Of a stretch of DNA of 64,000 nucleotides, positions 10,051-18,993 are shown piece by piece. Location: positions 991 to 64,990 of the forward strand of contig JAVBIX010000029.1 of the NCBI GenBank assembly GCA_030756895.1, given 5' to 3'. The DNA comes from Synechococcus sp. SP2 MAG (lineage in GTDB: Bacteria; Cyanobacteriota; Cyanobacteriia; PCC-6307; Cyanobiaceae). Under the pieces are notes generated by a model that ran no database searches, had not been told where the DNA came from, and saw nothing but the letters and a program-made list of their open reading frames with translations. Each line of letters starts with the position of its first letter. The first letter of the stretch is position 1. The translations under genes were made by a program, and so were the position numbers.

Positions 10051-10800
10051 GTGGCCAGTCTCGGGGTCAACATTGATCACATTGCCAATGTTCGGCAAGC
10101 CAGGCGCACGGTCGAACCTGATCCTGTGCCGATGGCTTTGATGGCTGAGTTAGGTGGAGCTGATGGGATCACGATTCACCTCAGGGAAGATCGTCGTCAC
10201 ATCCAAGATCGCGACTTAACCCTGTTACGCCAAACGGTCCGGACTCGTTTGAATCTGGAAATGGCTGCAACCAAGGAGATGGTGGAGATTGCGCTGCGAG
10301 AGCAACCAGACATGGTCACCTTGGTTCCAGAAAGGAGAGAGGAAGTCACAACGGAGGGAGGCTTAGACGTCCGTAGTCAGTGCACGAGCTTGTCTTCTGT
10401 GATCGATACCCTTCAGAGCAACGACATTCCAGTGAGCTTGTTCGTGGATCCAGATCGAAACCAGCTGGAAGCGTGTCAGCAAAGCGGAGCCCGTTGGGTT
10501 GAACTGCATACCGGACGCTATGCACAGGCCAGCTGGAGGGAACAACCCATGACCTTGGCACGTCTCATCGAGGCAACGGACCAAGCGCGTTCGATGGGAT
10601 TGAGGGTCAACGCAGGCCACGGCTTGACCTATCAAAATGTAGAGCCCATTGCTGCAATTCCAGGAATGGAAGAGCTCAACATTGGGCACACCATCGTGGC
10701 CCGGGCGCTCTCTGTGGGTTTGCAAGAAGCGGTGAGAGAGATGAAGAGCCTGGTTCAGAATCCCAGACGTGACCCTTTGTTCGGAAGCAGTAGCTCATGA
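10051..10800 (+). CDS. pdxJ: Pyridoxine 5'-phosphate synthase
   Basis: [36 protein letters not shown] and ELNIGH motifs; GTG start at 10051. Confidence 0.96.
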   Translation: MASLGVNIDHIANVRQARRTVEPDPVPMALMAELGGADGITIHLREDRRHIQDRDLTLLRQTVRTRLNLEMAATKEMVEIALREQPDMVTLVPERREEVTTEGGLDVRSQCTSLSSVIDTLQSNDIPVSLFVDPDRNQLEACQQSGARWVELHTGRYAQASWREQPMTLARLIEATDQARSMGLRVNAGHGLTYQNVEPIAAIPGMEELNIGHTIVARALSVGLQEAVREMKSLVQNPRRDPLFGSSSS

Positions 10801-11117
10801 CCACACATCATTTTGTTGCAGCCAGCGCTCGCTTCTTGACAGAAGAGGAACCTCTAGAAGAAGTGCTCAAGGAAAGACGCAGGCATTACGGCGAACAAGG
10901 CAAGGAAATTGATTTCTGGCTTGTTCGCAATCCAAGTTTTCTCGATGCGCCTGAATTGTCTGAGATCAAAGCGAAGGTGCCACAACCTTCGGCAGCAGTG
11001 GTTTCCACAGACTCCACTTTCATTACATTCATGAAATTGCGTTTGGAATATGTCCTTGAGGGACAATTCGATGCTCCAACTGATTCCATTCCAAACCCCT
11101 TAGCAGAAACAGACTGA
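10797..11117 (+). CDS. ycf54: Ycf54, Mg-protoporphyrin monomethyl ester cyclase accessory factor
   Basis: [27 protein letters not shown] and [12 protein letters not shown] motifs. Confidence 0.88.
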   Translation: MTTHHFVAASARFLTEEEPLEEVLKERRRHYGEQGKEIDFWLVRNPSFLDAPELSEIKAKVPQPSAAVVSTDSTFITFMKLRLEYVLEGQFDAPTDSIPNPLAETD

Positions 11118-11522
11118 TTGGGGATTAAGTCTGAATTCACAGTGTGATGGCTGAGTGAATTGAAATTTCTCTCAGTCATATAGCTGACATTTGATCTCAA
11201 TAGAAACAAGAATTTCCAGTGTGGATCAGCAAGATTTAAATTTGACCAATTAAAGGCTTTTTTAGTTTCTTTGTCGGCAAATGTTTGCGAAAATTATATA
11301 TTTTTCTTTAAGTTTGATTTGATAGATTACATGTATTGGTTGGCCACCTTATAATTTGTTTGTTTAATGATTAGGTGAGAATTTTTGTCTGGTACTGGTG
11401 ACTACGTTGAAAGTTTGAAAAATTGCAAACATGCACGATTGGGATCAATTTTGTTTGCTGGGCTGGTGAAATGATGTTTAAATATTAGTTGAATAACTTA
11501 TTTTTTCTAGATCTTCGCATCG

Positions 11523-11672
11523 ATGATGATTCGACTTCCTTTGCTTTCTGCTATTTCTGCTTTCGTTTTGGCTCTTGGCTTGGCGGCTGCATCCAATGCT
11601 CAGCAGGAACTCTTGAAGAGTCAGTTCTGTTGTGATGGCTGTGCGGCCAATACCAAGGTTTGTAAGTTTTAG
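11523..11672 (+). CDS. Small secreted Cys-rich peptide (absent from ORF track)
   Basis: Hand translation MMIRLPLLSAISAFVLALGLAAASNA-QQELLKSQFCCDGCAANTKVCKF*: signal peptide with SNA cleavage site and a 23-aa mature part with 4 Cys. Confidence 0.6.
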   Translation: MMIRLPLLSAISAFVLALGLAAASNAQQELLKSQFCCDGCAANTKVCKF

Positions 11673-11896
11673 GTTCATTGGTCTGAGCTTAATTGTTGCG
11701 AAAAATAAAAGGCTTTTTGGGGTGGCGAATACATTTTTCTTGCTCTATATTTTTTTACTTTCTTGCAAATCTTTTTTCAATAACAGCACGCTTTTTATTG
11801 TATGGTGATCAAAAATATTCAGTTTTGATGTTGATTCGAACAGGTCTAGGGATAGATGTAAGCCCCATTGAGCTGTGACAGTGCCGATGCGTAATA

Positions 11897-12130
11897 ATGA
11901 GGAAGGTAAAGAGAGGTCCTCTAGTGGAGTTTAGTCGAAGGGACATTATTCAAGCGCTATGCAATGAATACAATCATTTGTTTAAAGATGCTTATGATCC
12001 TGCGATCGATTTGTCGCTTGAACAGTATCAATCAGAAATGGAAGCAAAAACTCTTGAGGAACTGATTAAGGAAACCTCAACAGATCATGAGTTCTACACC
12101 CTCGATGACTTTATGAAGCGTTATGGATGA
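11897..12130 (+). CDS. Small acidic hypothetical protein
   Basis: 77-aa ORF with protein-like helical composition. Confidence 0.6.
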   Translation: MRKVKRGPLVEFSRRDIIQALCNEYNHLFKDAYDPAIDLSLEQYQSEMEAKTLEELIKETSTDHEFYTLDDFMKRYG

Positions 12131-12361
12131 CTCAAGCATGGCATTGGCTTGGCCTGCATCCGGGAGCGCCCGCACATTTGCCATTTTCAAAAGATCGATG
12201 CCCCTACTGCTCTTTTTGGTCGGGGGATGAGATGGGCACCAACCTTTCGATCACTCCTTCATTGCTGTCGCTGTCTTTTGCACGATGAACTCCTGCTCCC
12301 TTGATCTGGAAGACAGCACAGATGCTGGCACCTCGCATCAAAGTCGTTAGTAATAACTTGG

Positions 12362-12553
12362 TTGCAGCATCCATTGATGCAGATCAGTATCGCTTCAGCA
12401 CAGCCCATTGGCACCATGATTCGCGAAGGCGAGCACAAGCCTTTTAAGGCATCTGCATGCCCAATTCGGGCGCTTGATTATGATGAATCCCAGATGAGGG
12501 ATGACGACGTGATTAGACATCAACAGCGTTCTGAAGCGGAATATGACTGCTGA
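12362..12553 (+). CDS. Possible small hypothetical protein
   Basis: 63-aa ORF with internal ATG at 12377; no motif. Confidence 0.3.
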   Translation: MQHPLMQISIASAQPIGTMIREGEHKPFKASACPIRALDYDESQMRDDDVIRHQQRSEAEYDC

Positions 12554-12921
12554 ATTTTTGTATTGATTTTAATCGTTCGGTGTTGATTCAGGAATGGTAT
12601 GAAATTGCTGTAAATTCTATTGATTAAGTATAGATTGCTTCTATGGAGATGATAATCCATCTTATTAGTGGAACCAAATATGTTGAATTATGAGATATAA
12701 TTAAAAGTTTGGATGTTTTTTACGAATAAGATCTTTTTAAAAATCTATTCCATGTAAATCGCCTTTTTGTTGAAGTCTCTCATGCACCATCAAATCCGAA
12801 AGTCCAGCTGAATGGATCCTGCTTAGAGCATTAAGCATAGACATGATTAGTCGTTAATCACTCGCTTCCTTGTAACACATTGGTTTGAGCGCGCTTCAGA
12901 ATAGAGATCCAAGCAGCTGAG

Positions 12922-13101
12922 ATGATGCCTATTTTGCCCAAACTCACCCTGAAGGAAGAGCGTCAAGAACTTGTAAAAAAGATGGCTATGCCATTTAGAG
13001 AAGAACCAAATTATCAGCAAACGAAACAGTCATTTTCTTGCTTCGTTTCTCGTATGTCGGCTCCAAATGTTCTGCATTGTCTTGCCGTGATCGATAGCTA
13101 A
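12922..13101 (+). CDS. Small hypothetical protein, 59 aa (below ORF-track cutoff)
   Basis: Hand translation MMPILPKLTLKEERQELVKKMAMPFREEPNYQQTKQSFSCFVSRMSAPNVLHCLAVIDS*; GC-richer island within AT-rich flanks. Confidence 0.5.
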   Translation: MMPILPKLTLKEERQELVKKMAMPFREEPNYQQTKQSFSCFVSRMSAPNVLHCLAVIDS

Positions 13102-13308
13102 TCGTTCCCTTTGCTATCTTTTTAAAGAGTTTTGATTTAATGTCTCAGATTTTATTTTCCTACTCTTTGTTTTCAAATCGTAGTTGATTGATGCGCGTTA
13201 GTGTTAACGAGGGCATTGATCTAAATTTACCAAGGCTCTCGGTGGCAAATCCGAAGTACCACTCAGCTCTTGTGAAGACGATTAAGATCGATAAGTATCC
13301 AAATTTGT

Positions 13309-13719
13309 GTGGCTTACGATTTGATTCAGCAACTCACTTGGATCCAATTTGATTGGGCGGTTGAGACAATCACTGCACGTTATGCCGTTCATTCATTCTC
13401 AGGTGTTTACGGAGTTCCGCGTGGCGGTGTTTGCTTAGCAGTGGCCTTGAGTCACTCGCTCGCGCTTCCTTGGCTCCCAGAACCAAAGGAAGGTTGTCTA
13501 GTCGTGGATGATGTCTATGAAACTGGCCAGACCTTATCCTCGATCCGTGATCAGGTTGATGCCAATTTTGTGGTTTGGGTGAGCAAAGTGCCTCCAGAAT
13601 GGTGGAATGCTGCAATTACGATCTCACCCGATGAATGGTTGGTCTTTCCTTGGGAGAATGTAGATCTTGCGGCAGAGGATGAAGCTTGCTACAGGGCCTC
13701 AAGATTGAAAACTCCCTAA
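13309..13719 (+). CDS. Type I phosphoribosyltransferase (purine/xanthine PRTase-like, short)
   Basis: VYGVPRGG loop and PRPP-binding motif CLVVDDVYETGQTL; C-terminal WLVFPWE. Confidence 0.85.
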   Translation: MAYDLIQQLTWIQFDWAVETITARYAVHSFSGVYGVPRGGVCLAVALSHSLALPWLPEPKEGCLVVDDVYETGQTLSSIRDQVDANFVVWVSKVPPEWWNAAITISPDEWLVFPWENVDLAAEDEACYRASRLKTP

Positions 13720-13727
13720 GACTCTTT

Positions 13728-14192
13728 ATGACATCGAAAACGATTTATCTTGCTTCTCCATATGGGTTCTCCGCCCAATGCAAACGTCTTTTGCTTCCTG
13801 AGTTTGTTGCTGCTCTGTCCCACTTAGGCCTTTTGGTCTGGGAGCCATTTGAGCGCAATGGGAATGTGGACACCACCCAGCCTGGATGGGCGTATCGGGT
13901 GGCCCAGCAATGCATGCAAGATGTCCGAGACGCTGACGGAGTTTTTGCCATCGTGAATGGAACTCCTCCAGATGAAGGGGTGATGGTGGAGGTTGGAGCT
14001 GCTTATGCACTAAATAAGCCTGTTTTCCTGTTCCGTGACGACTTTCGACGTTGCACTGATTCTGAACAGTACCCACTCAACTTGATGCTGTTCGCTGGGT
14101 TGCCAGAATCCAATTGGGAAGAGATGGTGTACGACTCAATTGATTCGATTCGAGATCTAGGAAGTGCCTTAGGGCAATGGGCTCAATCGTAA
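13728..14192 (+). CDS. Nucleoside 2-deoxyribosyltransferase / nucleotide N-glycosidase family
   Basis: IYLASP N-terminus and DEGVMVEVGAAYALNKPV nucleophile motif; ATG 8 nt after the PRTase stop. Confidence 0.85.
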   Translation: MTSKTIYLASPYGFSAQCKRLLLPEFVAALSHLGLLVWEPFERNGNVDTTQPGWAYRVAQQCMQDVRDADGVFAIVNGTPPDEGVMVEVGAAYALNKPVFLFRDDFRRCTDSEQYPLNLMLFAGLPESNWEEMVYDSIDSIRDLGSALGQWAQS

Positions 14193-14208
14193 TCCTTGTT
14201 GTGTTGAC

Positions 14209-14835
14209 TCAATCTGGTTGATCAATCCAATCGTCTGCCAACGGGTTAAGTGCACCTGCAGCGTTGTACTGACGCAGAATTTTATGTGTGATTCCGTTGT
14301 CATCGCACCAGCGAATGCCACAGCCTGTGATGTCTCCTTGTTGGCGATCTCTGGGGTCGATGAAGAGCTCAACACCTGGTTCTGGTTTCCAAATCAGAAA
14401 CGATCCAAATGCTGTTGATTGGCAGTGCAGTTGTTGTAATGGGATTGTTTGGTCTATGCCTTGTTTTGCTTCTACGACATAAATGACTCGATCCAGTCCG
14501 CTTACGCCATGGCGAACGATCATACGTCGCCGTTGTTGTTGATTAACGACGCAAAGCTCTGCTACCCAGTTCCATGGCGTGATGAAATTTGGACCTGTTG
14601 ACCAGTCTCCCGTCTGTGTGACTTGCATGGTGGGAGGTAACGATCCGAAATTCATCGACTGCTGACGACCACTCTCTTTGTAGGTCAAACATGTCTGAAT
14701 GACGCCCTCTTTTTCCATTACTTCGAGGGACGTGGTAAAGCGTTCCTGTTCTTTGGCAGTGTGATCTAGCCTGATAAAGCATCCCTGCCAATGCCCACTG
14801 TTGTGCAAGAGCAATGTGCTTCTAAGATCATTCAT
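14209..14835 (-). CDS. DUF3598-like beta-barrel protein
   Basis: N-terminal N.G.WQG.F motif and beta-strand-rich pattern; family from recall. Confidence 0.6.
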   Translation of the reverse strand: MNDLRSTLLLHNSGHWQGCFIRLDHTAKEQERFTTSLEVMEKEGVIQTCLTYKESGRQQSMNFGSLPPTMQVTQTGDWSTGPNFITPWNWVAELCVVNQQQRRRMIVRHGVSGLDRVIYVVEAKQGIDQTIPLQQLHCQSTAFGSFLIWKPEPGVELFIDPRDRQQGDITGCGIRWCDDNGITHKILRQYNAAGALNPLADDWIDQPD

Positions 14836-14915
14836 AGGGTGTGAAAAAGAGTGTTGACATTCACCATCAATCTAAATTTCTATCGTGTTTTTTTTACTCA
14901 TTTATGTAGTGTTTA

Positions 14916-15497
14916 TCAGGAGAGTCCCATCACTTTTTTGTAGGCAGGTCTTTCGCGAGTGGTTTGGATCAGTTTTTCCACAACGGGGTATGCACTGAGG
15001 TCCTCGTTTGGAAAGAATAACTTGATATACGCCAAGTAAGATGAGATAGCGCAATCAGCAGCACCCCATTTGTTGTTGATAAAATACCCTGTTGCGATTT
15101 CTGAATTAAGTTCGGTCAGGATTCGAGGCAAGATCTTTGTTTTTTGATCGGGAACGAAGATGGCAAATGCCAATGTTGAATTAGCAAAATGTGTCCATTG
15201 ACTGATCAGCGATCGATCGCCTGGTCGCAGGATTTCACCTCCGTGATGCTCTGCTAAGTGCAACAAAATAGCACCTGATTCAAATAAAGTTAGCGGATGA
15301 TTATTAGCATCGAGAACAGAATTGTCTTTCATCGCTGGAAGTTTGGCAAAGGGATTAACGGACAGAAAATCATCTTTTAAATGTTCTCCGTTAGCCAAAG
15401 AGACTTCTACGAGCTCATAAGGAATACCCATTTCTTCCATATACCAACGGGGCATGGATGCACGTGTTTGCGGTCCGCCGTAAAGGATGATTGTCAT
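14916..15497 (-). CDS. Glutathione S-transferase (copy 1)
   Basis: NPFAKLPA, LFESGAILLHLAE and WGAAD motifs. Confidence 0.9.
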   Translation of the reverse strand: MTIILYGGPQTRASMPRWYMEEMGIPYELVEVSLANGEHLKDDFLSVNPFAKLPAMKDNSVLDANNHPLTLFESGAILLHLAEHHGGEILRPGDRSLISQWTHFANSTLAFAIFVPDQKTKILPRILTELNSEIATGYFINNKWGAADCAISSYLAYIKLFFPNEDLSAYPVVEKLIQTTRERPAYKKVMGLS

Positions 15498-15548
15498 CGC
15501 TGATGAGATGATCGGTTGTTCTGCAATGCTAAGTGATGATTGGTTTTA

Positions 15549-16268
15549 TTAGCTGGTTTTGAACTTTTGATAGGGACTGATATTCATTTTCCAGTTTCCT
15601 TTGTAATGTGGATAGATCATTGCATGATTGTTGTCCACATCGATACCCATTGATTTCAAGAGTTTTTGGGACGAAGATGATTCAATATAGCTAAAAGCGA
15701 CCTTTTCTTTTTGTCCTAGATAGTAGGCAATGGCATCTAACACTGATGTCCGTCCTTTTAAATCTTCTGTTACGGCCCTTTTCCATTTTTGATATCCGTT
15801 TGCACCATGCACTTTAATGATCGTGGATCGAATCATTTCGGCATCTGTTTTGTATGTTGTTCCAGTCAGCACACCTAATGTCCAGGCTGGGAATTTCAGC
15901 TCGTAGCCGACTTTGTCTTTGATTTGAAGTTGACTGCACCAAAATCCGCTCATCCAGCATAGTGATCGACCTCCTTGATATTTTTGTGCAAAGATTCCTT
16001 TTTGGGGCTGTTTAAGTAGGCTGTCGAGGCTAATTGGAATAACAGGAGCTTTACTTTCTGGCTTGTAATAGTCATGGAGTTCATCTTCCTTTTCTATTGA
16101 TATGAATTCATTTACGATCTGATCATGGGTCACAGGTTTGAAGTCTTTTGCTTTTTTGAAGACTCTTTTGCTGACTTGCCAGAGGATCCCATCGCCCCGC
16201 CTTGGCTCGTACATGAGGCTTGATGCCACTTGTTCTTTGCTGGCTTTTGCATGTCTGTTCACGGCCAA
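15549..16268 (-). CDS. Hypothetical protein, candidate papain-fold (clan CA) Cys enzyme
   Basis: 239-aa Lys-rich ORF with QGGRSLCW and NNHAMI motifs. The ORF is well supported; the function is inference. Confidence 0.7.
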   Translation of the reverse strand: MAVNRHAKASKEQVASSLMYEPRRGDGILWQVSKRVFKKAKDFKPVTHDQIVNEFISIEKEDELHDYYKPESKAPVIPISLDSLLKQPQKGIFAQKYQGGRSLCWMSGFWCSQLQIKDKVGYELKFPAWTLGVLTGTTYKTDAEMIRSTIIKVHGANGYQKWKRAVTEDLKGRTSVLDAIAYYLGQKEKVAFSYIESSSSQKLLKSMGIDVDNNHAMIYPHYKGNWKMNISPYQKFKTS

Positions 16269-16298
16269 TTATGCAGTCTTTTCAGAGCAGAATTAGGT

Positions 16299-17300
16299 CT
16301 ATAGGCTCTTCTGTAACTTCTGATTGATTAGGTTTTCGCTGAGTGTCCATAACTCTTGACCTAGTTGGTCATTGTTGCTTTCATTGCTCGTTTCTGCTTC
16401 TTTAAATTGATGACGTCCGGGGCTGACCAATTGATTGCTCATGTATCGAAATCCACTCTGTTCGTAGCTATCTCCATCGGCTAGTTCTGCCAGTAGTGCT
16501 CCTGCATTTTGTAGTGTTTCTGTGAGTCTTAGCAAATCTCTTGCGATAAAAGTGAAGAGAGCCAAACCGATGGGATTGTGTTGACGACTTGTTCGAAAAA
16601 ATCCACCGCTACTTTTAGGAATCACCAGCCCCGGACTCCATGCCAGGACTGGTATCTCTTCTGCCTTTTGCTTGAGTTGGTTGGCAAAATGTCGTGCCAT
16701 CAGGACATTGCAGAGCTTGCTGTCTTTATAGGCTTTGTCGGCATCAAAGGTTTTTTGGCCGTTGAGCATGGCGATGCTTTCATGAGGCGTTAATCCGGCG
16801 AGAGTCCCTAGTGTGGCCGGTTTTCCAACTCGTCCTCCTCCGCTTGTCGGATTGTGCACCTCTGAGCTTGTGATCACCAGTCTTGGCTTTTTACTTTTTT
16901 GTAGTAATGGCAATAAGCGCATAAGGATGAGTTGATGGGCAAGGTGATTGATGCAGAATGTTTCTTCGATTCCTTGATTGGTGAATTGAGGGTTTTTAAT
17001 CCCCACGTTTTGAATCCCTGCATTGAGGATTAAAGTATCGATCGGCTCATTGAGCTGTAGGAGTCTGTTGCAACCAGTTTCAATCTCTTCAAGACTTTTA
17101 AGGTTGATTGCTATTCCTTCTGCTGTTATTTGTTCTGCTTTCCCTGCTGCGAGCGTCTTCACTGTTTCCGAGCATCGCTCTTCTGTGCGGCAAAGGAGTA
17201 TGAGTTGATGCCCTCTTTGCATCAACTGTTTGCTTGCCTCTAGTCCGATGCCAGAACTTCCGCCTGTGATCAGGATCCGTCGCGATGGTTCATGCGTCAT
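16299..17300 (-). CDS. SDR oxidoreductase, light-dependent protochlorophyllide reductase-like
   Basis: ITGGSSGIG, LNAGI, NHLAH, SSEVHNP and YKDSKLCN motifs shared with the LPOR clade. Confidence 0.8.
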   Translation of the reverse strand: MTHEPSRRILITGGSSGIGLEASKQLMQRGHQLILLCRTEERCSETVKTLAAGKAEQITAEGIAINLKSLEEIETGCNRLLQLNEPIDTLILNAGIQNVGIKNPQFTNQGIEETFCINHLAHQLILMRLLPLLQKSKKPRLVITSSEVHNPTSGGGRVGKPATLGTLAGLTPHESIAMLNGQKTFDADKAYKDSKLCNVLMARHFANQLKQKAEEIPVLAWSPGLVIPKSSGGFFRTSRQHNPIGLALFTFIARDLLRLTETLQNAGALLAELADGDSYEQSGFRYMSNQLVSPGRHQFKEAETSNESNNDQLGQELWTLSENLINQKLQKSL

Positions 17301-17402
17301 TGAAGTTTTTATTAGCGATTGATTGGATTGCTAGGTTTTGGTTTATCCATCGAACGTTGTTGCAGGCTGTTTGTTCATCCCTTGTTGATGATTTTACTGC
17401 TG

Positions 17403-17633
17403 TTAAATGCGCTCCCACCACGATGGCTTTAGGAATGTGTCTTCGCGGTCTGTTTCTATCAGGTCGCCGTTATTGAACTGATCAAAGTCATGGGGGTGAA
17501 TGTCAAATCCTTTTTCTTTTGCAATATTGCATTGGTCATCAACATCAGCGCACTGACTTGATGCGCAGAGCGCTTTCAAAGTCGCATCTGCTTTTATTGC
17601 GTTGGCAAGGTCGATGACGGCCTGTGCAGACAT
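17403..17633 (-). CDS. Nif11-like leader-peptide-domain protein
   Basis: A..L...IKAD..LK.L......D....IAKEKGFDI...D pattern typical of Nif11-type leaders. Confidence 0.65.
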   Translation of the reverse strand: MSAQAVIDLANAIKADATLKALCASSQCADVDDQCNIAKEKGFDIHPHDFDQFNNGDLIETDREDTFLKPSWWERI

Positions 17634-17850
17634 TGGCTTTATGGATGTGTTCCCTACCTTTTAGCGCCCATCGATCCTGTTTGGGTTGGCTGTTGTTTGA
17701 TGGAATGTTCCGGTAAGGATTTGTTTACAGCTTCTAATCCCTTTGTGTCCCTGGGCAGCCGCGGCTACTAATGGTGCACAGCGTTTCGTTGCGTTGATGA
17801 CGTTCGGTTTGCGGTCTTGCTATGCCGAGGTCAGTCATGGTTTTGAAGCG

Positions 17851-18201
17851 ATGAAAGGACTGCGCTTGGCACTCTGCGTCTTGCCATTCCTAAGTGGTGG
17901 CGTGGTCCTCGCCGACTCCATTGCTTCCTCGATGATTCAATTGCAAGTTGGCCAGCCGATTCGCTCGGCTGATGCATCGTTGTTGGCATCTGGTTGGTTG
18001 CCGCACCCTGATCAATCCATCGAGGGGCTCGAGCAGGATCCCTCTGCTCCAACACTTCCTGCCCTCTCTTCTTGTTCTGGTACGGGTGTTGGCTTTTGTC
18101 GCTATGACTATGCCCGTGATCGACAGCGGCTTTCGGTGGTAACGGTTCCGGCGCCATCATCTGATGTATCTCGACTGGTGCAGCGCTGGTGGATTGAATA
18201 A
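17851..18201 (+). CDS. Small secreted hypothetical protein
   Basis: Signal peptide MKGLRLALCVLPFLSGGVVLA and a CSGTGVGFC motif. Confidence 0.6.
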   Translation: MKGLRLALCVLPFLSGGVVLADSIASSMIQLQVGQPIRSADASLLASGWLPHPDQSIEGLEQDPSAPTLPALSSCSGTGVGFCRYDYARDRQRLSVVTVPAPSSDVSRLVQRWWIE

Positions 18202-18204
18202 TTT

Positions 18205-18441
18205 TTATCCAATGGCGTTTGTGAGCCTGAGCGTCCCCCAAAGATCGAAGACGCAAAAGATCACTCCGATCACGATTAAGTCCCAGGCTCGATGTCGGAT
18301 GGCCCAAGGAGCAAGAAAAATCTCAGCAATTCCATGAAGGGCCGTTCCAAGCGCTACGTACTCGAGCACGAGCAATCCATGTGCCAGCAGGAATAACCCA
18401 CTTGCAGCGAAGCGCATCAACACTCGCCAGGAGGTAGACAC
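18205..18441 (-). CDS. Small membrane hypothetical protein
   Basis: 78 aa with three hydrophobic segments. Confidence 0.6.
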   Translation of the reverse strand: MSTSWRVLMRFAASGLFLLAHGLLVLEYVALGTALHGIAEIFLAPWAIRHRAWDLIVIGVIFCVFDLWGTLRLTNAIG

Positions 18442-18546
18442 AGCGTTTGAGAAACAGATTCAAACCATACCGGTCTTTAATCAAGCCATGTTCTCCTCTC
18501 GCATTAATGGGTACTGTTGAGAAGAGTTGTTCCGGTGCAGACGCCA

Positions 18547-18993
18547 ATGGCCTCGTTGCCAGTTCCGGTTGAAGGGCCTCTTGAGCGTGGGTTGCATCAA
18601 GATGGAAGACGTTTAACGCCACAGCGGCGGCTGATTCTCGATCTCTTCGAACAAATTGGCGGTGGCACTCACCTCAGCGCTGAGGATGTCCACCGCTTGC
18701 TGGTCGATTCCAAGGCGCGGGTCTCATTGGCGACGATCTACCGGACGTTGAGACTCTTGGTTGAAATGGGGTTTCTGCAAGAGCTTGAACTCAGTGATGG
18801 GGGCCGTCGCTTTGAGCTTTCAAGCGGTGATCATGGCGATCATCATCACTTGATTTGTGTTCGCTGCGGCCGCACCGAAGAGTTTGAAAGTACCCCAGTT
18901 CTAGAGGCTGGGCGTGAGGCAGCCAAACGTTTCAACTTTGAATTGATTGAATCGAGTTTGAAGGTTCGAGCCGTTTGTCCTAACTGCCTTTGA
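18547..18993 (+). CDS. Fur-family metalloregulator
   Basis: RLTPQRRLIL, HLSAEDV, SLATIYRTL, HHHLICVRCG and terminal CPNC. Subfamily not resolved. Confidence 0.92.
   Translation: MASLPVPVEGPLERGLHQDGRRLTPQRRLILDLFEQIGGGTHLSAEDVHRLLVDSKARVSLATIYRTLRLLVEMGFLQELELSDGGRRFELSSGDHGDHHHLICVRCGRTEEFESTPVLEAGREAAKRFNFELIESSLKVRAVCPNCL

Noticed and set aside
11478-11678. 66-aa minus-strand ORF
   Set aside because: It is the antisense shadow of the better-structured signal-peptide ORF at 11523-11672.
12127-12288. 53-aa ORF MTQAWHWLG...CPYC overlapping the previous stop
   Set aside because: It may be a decayed small Cys-rich gene, but I could not support either a CDS or a pseudogene call without homologs.
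12647-12662. AGATG-ATAATC-CATCT as a Fur box
   Set aside because: Short arms in AT-rich DNA are expected by chance.
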